Made by a program: the position numbers and the translations under genes
Shown here: positions 1 through 14,804 of the stretch, one piece after another
How the letters are laid out: every line of letters starts with the position of its first letter
How positions within the stretch are numbered: the stretch's first letter is position 1
The notes under the pieces: generated by a model
What the model was told of the DNA's origin: nothing
Databases searched by the model: none
The model's input: the letters and a program-made list of their open reading frames with translations, nothing else
Source: Chrysomallon squamiferum
Taxonomy: Eukaryota; Animalia; Mollusca
Assembly (NCBI GenBank): GCA_012295275.1
Contig: CM022676.1
Span: forward strand, 13,392,001-13,456,000
Length of the DNA: 64,000 nucleotides
Direction: 5' to 3'

Positions 1-610
1 CCCTTTTAAATCAGGTTTGGATTATATTTAAGTATGAAAAATTTACAGCCCTTAAAAAATATTAATACCAGAACATTTATTTTGTAAAATTATTATCTGA
101 AAATATATTTGATTTGTTAAAACTGAAACCGATTAAATATAGCATATGCAAATGTTTAGGAACTCTAAAAAAAGACGGAGTTTCAAATCCTAGGGATTTA
201 ATAATGGGTAACCACTGACTATAGAAAGATTAATGTAGAGAGAGAGAGAAAAAAAAGTATACTGTATTACTAGCGTCCACACATTTCATAAAAATCATAT
301 TTAATTAATACGAAGCTTAAATATCATAACAAATCAAGATACCCCCCCCCCCATATCATCATCTTCACTGACAGTTAAATAAGGATTTGTTCTATAGGCT
401 CACAGAGAACGGGTTTTGACAAATAAGAACAAAAAAACCATTTTTCATTCACTGTATGAAACGGGTAAAACATTCAGAAAACTTGAATATTCTTCTCTAA
501 TGTCCCTAAAATTATTTCACAAGGAAGAACCAAACAATAATTATATGAAATAAATAACAAGTGTTGAGACTCAGAGTACAGTGCTACTGTAAAACTTTAA
601 TAACACTTAC

Positions 611-665
611 CTGTGCTGTATCTAATAATCATAAGAAAAACAAGTAAATATTTCAACAGCCACTA
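611..665 (-). pseudogene. Disabled signal-peptide (leader) exon copy, array A
   Basis: Reverse strand reads TAG-TGG-CTG-TTG-AAA-TAT-TTA-CTT-GTT-TTT-CTT-ATG-ATT-ATT-AGA-TAC-AGC-ACA-G|GTAAG (*WLLKYLLVFLMIIRYST). Same 55-nt layout as intact leaders, but TAG at the ATG position and no promoter motif upstream. Confidence 0.6.
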
Positions 666-1507
666 TTCAGGTTATTTCTGTGGATTAGCAGGAATAAATA
701 TTTTCATATAATTATCTGCAGAGTGAGAACGATGCATATAACTTATTAAGCGAGAATAACGTTTACCACTCTCGTAGCAAATCCGGGGAAAGTTTCCAGA
801 TTCGTAACAATAAAACAATGCTGTTGATAGCGCTGTGGTGTGAAAGCAGAAAGCGGCGTACTGAATCAAGTGTTGAACTGAGGTATCATAGACAACAAGG
901 TAAATTCTTCTCACTGCGCCCACTGTATCAATTCTCGTAGCTGCGAGTGTCTGACTGGTTTATGAAAAGCAATGGAGGAGGGTACAAATATCAAAGATTT
1001 GCTGCTGGTAATTGAACATTAGTACTTCTTTAGATTACTGTTTGAATTTTCTACTAATATTACATTTTGGTCTTAATTATATATTTGATGTCATATGACA
1101 TGAATCATCGAATAAAACGGATTTTTCTTAACAAATAGCAATATCTGTACCACTGAATTTAAAAATGTACTATTCCATACTTATAAGTGTTTCCAATCTT
1201 GTGTCTGATCTGTCTAAGCATCTGGTGTTTTAATGAAATCCCGGATTTTGATACTGTCTTAATGTTCTAACAAATAAATAAATAAATAACTACTACTACT
1301 ACTACTACTACTACTATTACTGTAATAATACATGATTTGAACATTTTGGAATCCTAATTCTTTTAGCATTTATCTTATGTTTTGAAGTAGTTTCTATTAT
1401 ACATACATATTTTTGTTTTGGTTTTACAATCATTTGTTTTAAGCAGATCGCTTCTAGACAAGAATTCCTGGTGTTGATAATATTATTTGGTCTGTAAAGA
1501 GAGTTTA

Positions 1508-1564
<57 letters not shown>

Positions 1565-3066
1565 CATCATGCGAACAGATCTTTCAAAAATAAAATTCCT
1601 TTATCTGCCCATATATTATGATAAACATATTTAATGTCAATTTTAACATGAGAATTATACCAAATCAGTAAACAGTATTTTTGTCCTGTCCCATGCAGCT
1701 TCACATTTCTCTAGAAAGTAAGTAATACATTTTTCGAAGGGGGATTGTTGCATATCAGTGATTTGCTTTTCTGTAGGCTGACTAATATTAATGAAGCTGT
1801 TGACTGTAAACAATTATTCAAAAGAGATGCAATGTCTTGGTTCAAATACATACTTTTAATTCTGAATTTGTTTTCCAGCCATATCATCGTTTTTTTTATT
1901 CCAAATCAACAGAAAGAAATAGATTTCTAATTTTTAATCTTTTCGGTTTGGCTGTGAAGAAAGAACATAAACAAATGTCGATAAAACTAAACTTTTGAAC
2001 ACAGTAATTTTTCCTACTGGTGACAGAGATCGTTTGGATGAGTGTTCAAGCAGCCTTTTGACCTCATTCAACTTTGTATTATAGTTTAATTCTTGAATTT
2101 GATACAGATCCCTGAAAAACCGTACCCCAAGTGTTATACTGTTTTGTAGTCCATTTTAGTTTGTGTTTTTAACAAACATAAAGAATTATTTTTTTATTAT
2201 TATTATTATTTTTTTTTTATTAATTAATTAATTTATTTATTTTATTAAATTCCACGCAATTGCATCAACAAGTTTGTTTCTTCAAAATCTACAATTAATA
2301 ACATCGGATGCTTATTTTGTGTGTCTGTATAATGGAATATAATTCAAACTGTGCCCATTCTTGTATCTCTCGTGACTGCTAGTGTCTCGTTTGTTTATCA
2401 AAGACGTGGTATATGGTATGTGTACATTTAAGCGATTAAATCTGCCTCCACCTTTGTTAATAATCATCAAAGTTATTTAGGCGCATCACTTCTCAGCATA
2501 ATCCTAGTTAAGACTGTGTTCTGGAGGCCATCATCACAGAATCCGTGACGGTTTTGAGCAGAGTATTTATTTCTGATACGAAAACAAAAATTAAAAAGCG
2601 AAAAATTTACTGACGAGGTGACTCCAGTTTCGCAACTATTCTTGTGATTATTTATTTATTCGGTACTATTTAACTTTTTATTTGAATTTTCTAGTAATCT
2701 GGGAATGCCTTGAAAATAATGTTGGAACTGATAGTGAAAGAAGTGTGTTTAATTAGTTTAGTCGGAAAAAATAAACTTACATTTGAAATATGGTTCAAAT
2801 ACTATATATCATTCAGTACATATTTCCTTATTCAGTCTTTTTTTCTCTTAGTTCTAAAATTTGCTTCATAAAGTCCACTCCCACATTCAAACAAGTTCTC
2901 AGAGACATCTTCTCAAACATCAGTGAAATTCATCATTTACATTCACATCAACAGACTGAATAAAAGTCCTAAGACTTCAGTACATGGATCTTACTTTCTG
3001 TAATAGTTAACATGTATCAATGAAAGATATTAAAAAAATACTAACAATTTTAAAAATAATAATACA

Positions 3067-3098
<32 letters not shown>

Positions 3099-3103
3099 AT
3101 TAA

Positions 3104-3252
3104 CTAGATATTATCTAACAGTCAAAACAGGTACAAGTAAATATCTCAACAGCGCCATTGTGAATGTTCTGGCTAAACTTGTTTCTTCCGGGTACACGAG
3201 TTGTACTTTATCTAGTTTATCTTATTGTGCCACATTATTACTACAGCGCTCT
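3104..3252 (-). pseudogene. Promoter+leader cassette, disabled (in-frame TAA, phase-1 donor lost)
   Basis: Full upstream motif including CCCGGAAGAAACAAG. ATG at 3158 gives MALLRYLLVPVLTVR*, ending CTAGTTA instead of CTAG|GTAAG. Confidence 0.75.
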
Positions 3253-3414
3253 GTCTCTACTGTAGACAGACTAATTCTTTCTGACTTATATAAAATTATT
3301 CTCGCTTAGCCTGGTATTAAATATTAAATGAATTAAGCACATATTTAAAGAATGAAGGGAAATAGGTGCTATAGTATCATTGTTTCATTGCTTCATTTTT
3401 TTCTTGACTTGCGG

Positions 3415-3510
3415 AAAAACCCCAGTAAATATGTTAAGAGCGGCGTTGTGTACACTTCTAATGTTTCTACCGGATACACCTACTTTATCTAGGTTAACTT
3501 ATTGTGTCCT
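3415..3510 (-). pseudogene. Degenerate promoter+leader cassette (ATG>ACG)
   Basis: Reverse complement closely matches 49705-49800; ACG-CCG-CTC-TTA-ACA-TAT-TTA-CTG at 3446. Confidence 0.6.
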
Positions 3511-3821
3511 TTCGTTTAAGTAACAAACAACAATTTCCAAATTTCATTTACAATTAACTGATTTACTTAGAGTCGTATCATTTTATCTGGAATGTTTCTA
3601 TTTATTAAATAAAATTTAACTTTTTGAATATTAATAAATAATCTAATTTATTTTTTTATTTTATGTTTTTTTGTAATTATCACATGATAACTTTTTTCAT
3701 CTTATATCAGTTATTATTTTTATGATACTCGCTCTCTGTAACGTGTTTGTACAATAATATAAAATTATTGAATTCACATTCCCGTGTACAAATCACGGAG
3801 CGATACAAACCTAAGGAACTA

Positions 3822-3881
3822 CACTTGTTTCTTCCGTGTACACGAGTTGTACTCTGTCGTACTGTATCACGTTATTACTAC

Positions 3882-3885
<4 letters not shown>
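3822..3885 (-). promoter_or_regulatory. Promoter-only fragment of the cassette, abutting a (GA)n tract
   Basis: Reverse strand AGCTGTAGTAATAACGTGATACAGTACG...AGTACAACTCGTGTACACGGAAGAAACAAG; leader absent. Confidence 0.6.

Positions 3886-3942
<57 letters not shown>
3884..3942. repeat. (CT)n microsatellite
   Basis: Direct reading. Similar tracts at 11865-11965, 14723-14801, 24619-24704, 25231-25310; many (TA)n, (GT)n and (TTA)n tracts elsewhere. Confidence 0.95.
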
Positions 3943-3946
<4 letters not shown>

Positions 3947-4865
3947 ACTAATTAGTTTAATTTTAATTTGTATTATTTATTTATTTATTTGTCGGGACTG
4001 TGCTATTTTATATTAAATATAATATTTTTTAAATGATATAGTCTAAATGCTGCAAGTGATCAATAGCTAGTTTACGATTAGCATATATTAAATATGAATC
4101 TAGGTAAATAATTGTATATAAATATATAAACAGAAGAAAGATTTACCTTTAGGAAGAAAATAAAGAAATGGACATTTCAAACAGCTACGAATATGCAACT
4201 GCACTGATATTCAACATTAATAGAAGGAAGTGCTCTGCTAATAACAGAGTATGCAGTTAACACTTTTACATCACATACAAGACTTTTTCATAATCAGCGT
4301 GTGTCAATGCGCTGTAACATTATAACACTATACTAGCTGTCACTGTACATTTTACTATCACTGTAGAACACTGCACTTCACAACATCGAAATAAAACAAA
4401 ATCTTAACTTCGTCTGTTTTCAACAGAATATGATAATGTGCATCACTTTATAACCATTATTTATTTATTTATTTATTATATAATTATTAGTATTTTATTT
4501 TTATTTTATTGTAGTTATTATTATTATTATTATTATTACTATTATTATTATTATATTATTATTATTATTATTGCTTTTGTTGTTTTTATTATTATTATTA
4601 TAAATATACGCCGCAAACTCTGATATGTATAACATTGCTTACATCTAAGATGAAACTGTGTCTTCACAGAACGAGTCATTCACTTCTCACAGAGACGTTG
4701 TTCAGTTTATGTAACACCCAGTGACAAAACTTCAAGTTAAAATTCAACACCAAACTAGCTGTAACCGGGTCACAGACTGAATAAGTTGTCAGTACATGGT
4801 TTATATCGCTAATATCTAACATGTGTGTTTTAATGTATGAATTAAATAATAACAATAAAACTTAC

Positions 4866-4920
4866 CTAAACAATATCCAACAATCGACACAGAAACAAGT
4901 AAGTATCCTACTATCGCCAT
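4866..4920 (-). CDS. Intact leader exon of putative IgSF gene A (body presumably left of the window)
   Basis: ATG at 4920, MAIVGYLLVSVSIVGYCL-G|GTAAG, 55 nt, phase 1; cassette promoter at 4921-5012. Confidence 0.7.
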
Positions 4921-6722
4921 TGTGAATGTTGTGAGTAAACGTGTTTCTTGCGGGTACACGAGCTGTACTCTATCTAGGTTAAGTTATTGTGTTATATTTC
5001 TATAGCGCTGTCATTCTATTGTAGAGTAATTTTTAATTTGTTAGTTATTGAAATTTCGCTATTTATAAAACGTGTTTATATTTTGTATTGTACGCTATAC
5101 CATTGGCTTCACTCAGCAAAGCGTGTACGACACTTACTACATACTTGAATGTAACAAATACTCTGTAGCTGTTTACTTAGTGACGTGTTAATGTCACTCA
5201 CTTGAGAATCGGTAATTAATTGATTATTTTATATCTAATTGATGTACGTTTCTAACAAAATATCAATTACTAACGAGCGTATTTTTTTTTCGATTAATTC
5301 TTTATATTTAACCTAAGACATTTACTAAACTCATGCATGTTAGACGGTGAATAGAGAGACAAAAGAGCTAAAAATAATACTTTCTTAATTACACGAGTTT
5401 TTGGGGGATCAAAACCCGCTTTCCAATTTGAAGTGTGAGGTAAATGGAAATAGTAAATTATTGAATGAAACTGAAATAAGACATTCATTTTACAATGAAA
5501 ATATTTTATTACAGTGAATGTGAAATTTAAATATCTCACTGGTACAGATCTTGTGTGAAAATATCGGTTCCGTTATTATTTTCAGCAGATAAGCTAGAAG
5601 TATACATTATATAAGTTCTTGAAACGAGGATGAAATTATATGTCGTCTTATAGATAATATAGAATAATGAAATATCTTTTACAAAAGCGACAAACATTTC
5701 AGTAAACTCTGATATTTATTTTTTAACATTACTTCATTTTGTATCTATGTTATTAAACCACCAGTCTTCAGACCGATATATCTCAGTAAACAGCAGTCTG
5801 TTAGAGTTGATGGAAAGGTAATTCCTTACCGAATTCAAATCTGTGATTACTTTTAGCATTGGAGGTCAAATGTTCATAACATTACTCTTCGTAAGTAAGC
5901 TCTAGCTTCCTTTTTTAAAGTTTCTCTCGCAACAGCAATTTCTTCTTTCTTTTTTTTTCTTTTTTAACCTTTTTTTATCCTAGAAAATAGACTGGGATTG
6001 CAGTTTTATTTGGTTTTCATTTGCAAACAAGATATAAACATGAATAGTACTTTTCCGTTTTTACATTTAAAATGTACTTTCATTGCTTGTTTCGATGTCA
6101 TCTATCAGTTTCTTCTCAATATTCTTTTCATTAAGTTTAATTAAGTAGTCACAGCGTACCTGGTCACATAATAGATTAGTTGTACAAGCAACTTTTTTTG
6201 TAAATATTCAAATCTGACCAGTATTTTAAAACTTCCACAATATTCTTCAACAGCCCTTCAAGGACAGTGCATTATAAATCTCTATCTTCTGTTTTCTATA
6301 ACATTAAAGGTTTTGAACCACTATGTAGATTTTGAATTTTCTTTGTTAATGGTACATGGATATCAACATATAATGGTGAAAGATTTTCACACAGTAAATG
6401 AAATGTTAGAGCAATAGACACTGCCTAAATATTTTGTGAAACTCAAAAATGAAAATAAATATTTTACCCAAGTGTCACTTCATCACCTGTTGTTTTGTTG
6501 TACAGCTCTATTACTAATATTAAGGTTAACAATGCTTTCCATATTACTAATAAATATAATAAAATAAAGAAATAAAATTTACAAAAATAATGAAAAAGAA
6601 AGGAAGACAATTTTAAAATCCTTGTTTTCTTCCATTTGGAAGTAAATGTTTTATAATTTTAAAAAATATTAATTATTAATTCACAGGATTTCTGTATTTA
6701 TTGTTTTATTTTCATTTTCAAG

Positions 6723-7021
6723 TTCCTTTGCAAAAAGGTTTCTATAACAACTGGATCAACTCCAGGAAAGCCAGCAATTCTTACACAGCTGACCTGTTCA
6801 ACCGATCCTTGCCATCCACATGCTGTAATCACATGGACTTTAAATGGTTCAAAGATAACAGACGACATTATCAGCTCCACTGAGACAATTGCTGACTCTG
6901 GTATTGTAACAAGGAACAGTTTAAATGAAAAATTTAATACAGAAGATAATGGGAAAAGTTTGGTTTCTTCAGCTACTAATGGTGATTATCACGTGTCATC
7001 TAGCAACCCTTGATAACCAAG
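6723..7021 (+). pseudogene. Frameshifted C2-type Ig exon, paralogue of gene B exon 29660-29959
   Basis: AG/GT bounded; encodes ...LTCSTDPCHPHAVITWTLNG...EDNGKSLVSSA. +1 frameshift near the start, second Cys changed to Ser, 2-nt deletion giving TGA near the end. Confidence 0.85.
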
Positions 7022-7315
7022 GTTGGTTTCATTCATATTAATTCACATTGATCTACTACAAGTTGTTATTAATATCATTTTGTTGCCTGGTTCAAATAAT
7101 GACACAAAAATTAGATGTTTCTTCAGACTACTTGTATGTGTCTGCATGAGTGTAATATAATTTTTATACAGGACTGGAAATGTTGACTGGAAATTGCATG
7201 AGAAGGAAGTTCAACCCATTTAAAACACAAATGTTCAGCCGTCTAGAAAAATACTGAAACTGAAACAAAAGACATTTGCTATTTACAAGAGTCATTTAAT
7301 GAAGAATTATTTTGA

Positions 7316-7346
<31 letters not shown>

Positions 7347-7703
7347 ATTAAACATTAAATATAATTATGTAATTTTTAAAGCTGTATATTGCACTTTTAA
7401 AAGAAAAAATTAATTATTACTGTCATGGACATTCTGCTTATATTATTCATTGACATGAATTTTTTTAAATAATTCATATGAGTGATTTTGTAGTGTTATA
7501 TCAAATAACCTATAGATTGTTTAATATGACAATAATCCAGATTCCTACGTATTAATTATTTTTAATGTTATCATGTTCCTATTTTACAACTTTCTGTTAA
7601 TACTTTAAAATATATATGATCCTGAAAAACACAAATAAACAAATTAAAATTTCAGATACTATAAGTTATGGATGAATCAATGAATGGTATATTTCCTTTT
7701 TAG

Positions 7704-8349
7704 CAGAAGAAAGAAGTTCAACAAATTTCCTACAACAACTCCAAACCTGGGATCAGGTTCTTCCTGTAATTTAGTTTGTACTATCCTCATTATTATAAGT
7801 GTCACAGGTCTTTGTATAATCGTAACATATTGTTTGATATCACTAAGAAACCAAAACACAAAGGAAACAAACAAAACTGAAAATGTTGAACTGGGCAGTG
7901 AAAGGAACATTGAAAAGATTCAAACTGAGACAACAGCTTTTACTGTTAGCAAAGCAGAACAAAATTCTAACATCCAAGAGAACATTTTCAAAAAACGTCA
8001 CAATGAAGATGTAGAAAGTTTACAGTCTGTCAAAGTTAGGACTGCTAATGAATCTTCACCCAGGTATCAAGGGAATGATGAAGAGGATGAAAGGTTTGAA
8101 GATTACTCAATTAATGAAATCACTAAACAACCTGGAAGTCAACCTGCTAGTAAAGATGTCTGTAAAGAACACACAAGATCTGAAGATTGTCAACAGTCAG
8201 TCACTGATTCACTGAATGAAGTTGATGATAAAAGTGGCAGTACAACAATCACCCAACATCCTGCCAGACAGAATTACAATGATGTTGATTATCAAACTGA
8301 ACAGCATTCACAGATATATGTTACCGTCATTAATGTGAAAAATAAATAA
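7704..8349 (+). pseudogene. Stalk+TM+long acidic cytoplasmic tail exon, 1-nt deletion relative to right-arm copy
   Basis: TM LVCTILIIISVTGLCIIVTYCLISL followed by a polar tail. ACAAATTTCC here vs ACAAATGTTCC in the right arm shifts it out of frame with a phase-1 acceptor. Confidence 0.7.
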
Positions 8350-9909
8350 CAAATTAAGGAATTTCAAATTTAATTGATTTTAATTCCGAACATTTTGAAT
8401 GATTCAAATCAATACACTTAGCTACTACACAACATGATAGGTTATTTTAATTAAATTCTAGATGTATTGATTGTTTATGGATTCTGCTTAACTAAGCATG
8501 GAACACTTTATTTCTGTCTTTTATCTCTGATATAACAAAACAGAAGTTTTTAAAAAATGTCTGTGTTATATTGATAGTTTTTCTTACAGACTGAGTATTC
8601 CAAATTATTAGGCTTATTACCATAGATAAATGTATAGCTTAATGCATCACACACACACACACACACTGCAAAATCTGCTGGGGTTTTATACAAAGTAAAA
8701 CCTTTTTAACGGTCTTATGTTTGAATTAAGAACTTCTATAACAGATTAACAATATATTAACTAAAGTTGTGAGTAACTTCAAACCCCACTATGTCACTTC
8801 GCTGGAGTCTTACTTACTGTTATATGTCATCCCTTCCTTTACTCCTAAAATAAAAAAAAAAAATTGTTATTACATTAAACTTATACTTTAATACATTTGT
8901 TAAAGTTACTAACTCCAATTTTATCAAAACATGAAGCCCAGACTTTTTATTTTTTATTTAATTTTTTTCTACTTTTAGGAAATTTACTCAAAATTATTTT
9001 GATATATCATTCTTAGATTTATGTATTTATTTTTAATGTTAGCTTACCTTTTCATTTATTTTTCTGTTTACTGCTAGTTTTCCTGCAGATAACATTTTTT
9101 ATACATTTTTAACTGTTTTAATGTATTGTAATAGAATTTACAACAGCAGAAACAACGCAGTTAGTCAGTCAGTGTTTGTATACATATATACATGTGTGTA
9201 CTTCACTCCTTCCTTTAACAAGCTTGTAATTATTTAAGTAATAAACTGTATTTAGAATTTTTTTCTGTGACAATATTTTATTCAGTCTTGTGTTTCACAG
9301 AAAACAGAGGAAAAATAGAAATCATGTAATTAGAAGGATCACATTAAATAGAATGATAATGGTGAATATAATTAAGATTAATCTTCAGTTCAGTTTTGTT
9401 AATGATACTAAAACATAGTGAAATAAATAGATGTAATAATTATCTTAACTGACTCAGCATCGCCTGTTTTTTAGTATATTGTGCATTTTACTCCAGACTT
9501 TATTCCTGTTAATAAAAGAAAATTAAAATAACAATAATAATTATTATAGATATGTATCAGATTTTCAGTGATTAGATTAAATATTAAAATTGTAATTTAC
9601 AATATTTGTTAACATTACTAACTTCAAACTGTATCTAACAATAATTAAGTTGGCTTGTTATGAGGGATGTATGTAACATTTAGACATCTATAGCAAAATA
9701 GATAGAAGGAAAATGTACATGTTACAGTCGTATAACAAACGTACAATACAATCAGCTAGACTAGAGCATTTTAAACCATCATTTCACTCCAGTTATAACA
9801 GTGAATCAGATGCATCTCAGACTACTTTATTTTCCTTGTTACTATTAATTAAAAAAAAATCGCTTTTTGTTTACTTTGTCAGTGTAAGGTTAAAGCTATT
9901 TGATTCTCA

Positions 9910-9966
<57 letters not shown>

Positions 9967-11861
9967 GTTTGAATCTCAGTAATTGTTTGCATGTGTTTAT
10001 ATGTGTCTAAATATGTGCATATGTATGGTTTACATGCATGCATGTGCATCGCTACTCATCTGTGATAGATTACATATCTATTTTTCATTACACAGTATTT
10101 ATGTGTAGTTAATTCTTTTACAAATACATACATCTATCCTAATTAAATTATTATGCACACATATTTACACATTTTAATGTTGTCTATACTCAGTTTATAT
10201 TTGTTTTAACAGTTACATAATATTAGTCATCTAAGATTGTTAGAAGTTCATCAGCATTTGTATTATGTGCTATTTTTCCTTCACAAATTCATAGAACTTT
10301 ACAAAAATATAGAATATCTGAATTGAACTAGAGTTTCTTACACATTTCTGTTACACAGTATTCACTTTTAGAACTTAAAGCAAATCTAGAAAGAAAGAAA
10401 ATATTACACAAAACATAATAATATTCAAAGTTAGAAGCTATAAGTCAAATATAGAAATTAATTTACATTTCTTCATTACATGTGTACATATATCTATGTA
10501 AATATGCATCTAAAAATGTGTATCCATGGATTTGTATTTATATTAGTGTTTGCTTATGTGCGTCAGTTTCTTCATATGTATTTAGGAGAGATGGATAGAC
10601 AGATAGAAATACTAATTCTTATTATTTTAACAGACTGAAAAATCATATACAGTTGTGCATACAAAAGGTTAACTAAAGTAATTTCTGAAATAAAATTATA
10701 ACTGGAAATTATGTTAGGAGGCTAGTGGAGATTATGTGCAACATACAGCAACTCCCCCCAGCTGTGTTACCCACCACTATTAAAGTTTGTTCCCATGAGT
10801 TTACTGTGACATGAGTATAATTGCAAATTGTAGGCTTTTGAAAATGTTAGCAGAAGAGCTGCACGTTATAGTTCAATAGTATTGTGAAGAATAAGAGAAA
10901 ACACCCATCATACAGCATTTGCTGTATTTTGTATAAGAATTACTTCAAATAAAGCAATTCAGTATGAATAAAAACTTTTGTCAGTAGAGTTTAGAGTTAT
11001 AATCCATTAATGACAAAACTACATGACTTAACAGAATTGATGCATATGACATAAAGATATATTTATGTGTTTTTGTATTCCTTCGATAACAAAGAAATAA
11101 AAGAACTTCCCTGTATCGAACAGAACGCATTTCGCATGATATGGTAATAGTTAAAAAAAATAAAAAAATAAAAATAAAAAATTAAAAATTTTCCAGGATC
11201 TTGGTATAAAATTATATCAGACAATTAAAAATACAAAAAAGAATGACATAACAGTTTGTAACAACAACAAAAATTATAATTACAATTGTTTTCCGTTTTT
11301 TTCCAAGCGGCTGAAACACGAAATCAGTTTATTTGTCTTTCTTTCTTTCTTCATTTATTTACTTGCTTATGCACTTATTTGTTTGTGTTTTGTTTATTTG
11401 TTTATTACTATATTTTCTCTTATATTTATAATATTATTATAATATTTTACTGTTTTCATTTCTCATTTTCTTTCCTTATTTTTTCATTTCTTTCTTTCAT
11501 TCTTCATTTGTTTATTTGCTTATGTACTGTTCTTTGTTTGTTCGTTTATTTATGTACTTATTTATTTATTTATTGATTTATGTACTTATTTACCTTTTTT
11601 TTTTATGGTTGTAGTAATGTTATTGTAGTCTCGGCTGATAACGCAGCAGACGACAGTTCACATGTTAAAAAGAAGAAGTGTTTTATTTTACCAGTTTCTG
11701 TCAGTCATCTTGTGCTGTTAAGTTTCACACTGACAGAGGAAATGTGGTGTCGACTAAAATAAGTTATTTGATTAACAACAACGCGGTTTTCACAGACAGG
11801 ATCAACATACCACATCATTTAATAAACCACACTAGAGCCTTGGCTGGAACAAGAAATTGAT

Positions 11862-11966
<105 letters not shown>

Positions 11967-12221
11967 ATATTTGGAAAAGAGATAGAAAGAGGACAGGTGG
12001 GGCAAAGAGAGAGCAAGTGAGACACACATATTATATAAAGCCCCATATTAAAAAAATTATAATAAATAATAAAACAAATATAATCAGTAGATATTTCTGT
12101 AAAATATTTTCTAAGAAAAAGATAAAAATACGTTCTAATTTTAAACGTAATTCAGCAGGATAACTGAACTGTATATTAAAGAAACAAAGAAATAAATTGT
12201 GTTTAATATGAAATATTTATT

Positions 12222-12283
<62 letters not shown>

Positions 12284-12385
12284 ATTTTTTCTCGGTGCAT
12301 GTTACGATAATACAAATGTTGCATTAAACAACTGAAGAAAATGAAATTATTCTTAATAATGTAGGCGGTTAATGAAATATTTACG

Positions 12386-12438
<53 letters not shown>

Positions 12439-13324
12439 CATTAAATAAATCAATAAATAAATAAATAAATAAATAAATAAAGTCGACAAATTTAGCAAAT
12501 TTACGGTATAAGGGAAACAACTCTATTTAAAAATGCCGCAAAATGCTTAAAAAGACTCAGTCTCAGATAAAGAATTTTTTTTACAAAATATTTGTTAAAA
12601 AGAAATTTCAAAGTATTGTTGGAATAAGAGGACTCGTTTTATTTTTATTATTATAAATTAAATAATAACAGAAAAAGGCTGCTTTTCAATATTATAAATT
12701 AGTAACTTAACGGTCTAAGAGGAATAACTCTATTTTAGTATTGCGATCTACTCAGAAATGATCATTTTACACAATATTACTAAAAATATGAAAAAGGTAA
12801 AATTATATGGAAACTTTATGTTTAAAGTAAGTTTTTCGAAAGGAAGGAATATACATTTATTATATTTATTAGTAATTTACATTTATTGTTTACGTTTATA
12901 CCTTTATTTTATTTTTATTAGTATATGAATTTTTGTTTTTTCTGTTCATAGAAACACACACACACAGACACAGACACTGACCTATATTTTAAAATATAAT
13001 TTGTTTATACCTAGGTTTTGTATGAAATAGAAAACAAATTAATGTTCTGGTCTAAGAGGAACAACTCTAAAATGATTTTTTCAGATTACTTGTTTTCGTA
13101 AAATCTGTTACAAAATGTAATACTGTTACAACATAGTTACGTTTTAAAAAATACTGAAAAGAAGAACTCAATAATTACATTTATTCCAATATTAAGGAAT
13201 AAGAGAAAATTAAAATTAATTCAAAGTACAAGCAATTATTTGCTGAAGACAAAGTGTGAAAATTGTTCCTGACTGAGCTTATTACATAAAGATGTTGTCA
13301 TTGCTTTCTGAATACTGATTTGGT

Positions 13325-13524
13325 NNNNNNNNNNNNNNNNNNNNNNNNNNNNNNNNNNNNNNNNNNNNNNNNNNNNNNNNNNNNNNNNNNNNNNNNNNNN
13401 NNNNNNNNNNNNNNNNNNNNNNNNNNNNNNNNNNNNNNNNNNNNNNNNNNNNNNNNNNNNNNNNNNNNNNNNNNNNNNNNNNNNNNNNNNNNNNNNNNNN
13501 NNNNNNNNNNNNNNNNNNNNNNNN
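13325..13524. other. Scaffold gap (200 N)
   Basis: Run of N; a second gap is at 53730-53929. Confidence 0.99.
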
Positions 13525-13837
13525 AAAGTTGTAAATAGAAAATAAAATTAAATTTTGTAACATAGTTAACGAAAACAAGTAATCTGAAAAATCATTTTAG
13601 AGTTGTTCCTCTTAGACCATAATATTAATTGGTTTTTACTGATACAAAATAAAATAAAGGTATGAACGTAAACAATGAATATAAATATAAATATAATAAA
13701 TGTGTATTCCTGCATTTCGAAAAACTTACTTTAAACATAAAGTTTTCATATAGTTTTACTTTTTTCATATTTTTGGTAATAATGTGTAAAATGGCCATTT
13801 CTGAATAGATCGCAATATTAAAATAGAGTTATTCCTC

Positions 13838-14540
13838 TTAGACCGTTAAGTTACTAATTTATGGTATTGAAAAAAAAAGTCCTTCTCTTTTATTGTTTAA
13901 TTTATAATGATAAAAATAAAACGAAGCCTCACATTCCAACAATATTTTAAAATTTCTTTTTAACAAATATAGTGTATAAAATATTTCTTTAACTGTGACT
14001 GAGTCTTTTTAAGTATTTTGCGTCATTTTTAAATAGAGTTATTACCCTTACACCGTAAGTTTGCTAAATTGGTCGACTCTATTTATTTATTTATTGTTGT
14101 TGTTGGTGGTGGTGGTGGTGGTATTATTATTATTCCGTAAATATTTCGTTAGCCGCCTACATTTTTAACAATAATTTCATTTTCTTCAGTTATTCCACTT
14201 AGGCCTTTAAGTTACTAATTTATGGTATTGAAAAACATTTTTTTTTTTTTTTTTTTGTTATTATTAAATATATAATAATAAAAATAAAATGAGGCCTCAT
14301 ATTCCAACAATATTTTAAAATATGTTTTTAACAAATATATTATATAAAAAAATGTCATTAACTGAGACTGAGTTTTTTAAAAGTATTTTGCGTCATTTGT
14401 AAATAGAGTTATTTCCCTTAGATCGTAAATTTGCTAAATTGGTCGACTTTTTATTTATTTATTTATTTATTTATTATTCCGTAAATATTTCATTAACCGC
14501 CTACATTATTAACAATAATTTCATTTTCTTCAGTTGTTTA
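13838..14540. repeat. Tandem duplication of about 355 bp, right arm only
   Basis: TTAAGTTACTAATTTATGGTATTGAAAAA...ATAATTTCATTTTCTTCAGTT occurs twice; single copy in the left arm (about 12330-12720, reverse). Confidence 0.8.
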
Positions 14541-14589
14541 ATGCAACATTTTTATTATCGTAACTTGCACCGAGAAAAAAGCAAAAACA

Positions 14590-14625
<36 letters not shown>

Positions 14626-14721
14626 TAAATATTTCATATTAAACACAATTTATTTCTTTGTTTCTCTAATATACAGCTGAGTTATCCTGCTGAATTAAGT
14701 CTAAAATTATTTTCCAAATAT

Positions 14722-14804
<83 letters not shown>

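Noticed and set aside
672-923. 83-aa minus-strand ORF upstream of the 665 leader relic
   Set aside because: No recognisable domain or splice structure; its 3' part matches non-coding module sequence at about 38300.
5760-5900. Possible first Ig exon of the inverted-pair pseudogenes (GTAAG donor at 5891 conserved in both arms)
   Set aside because: No recognisable Ig motifs or open frame.
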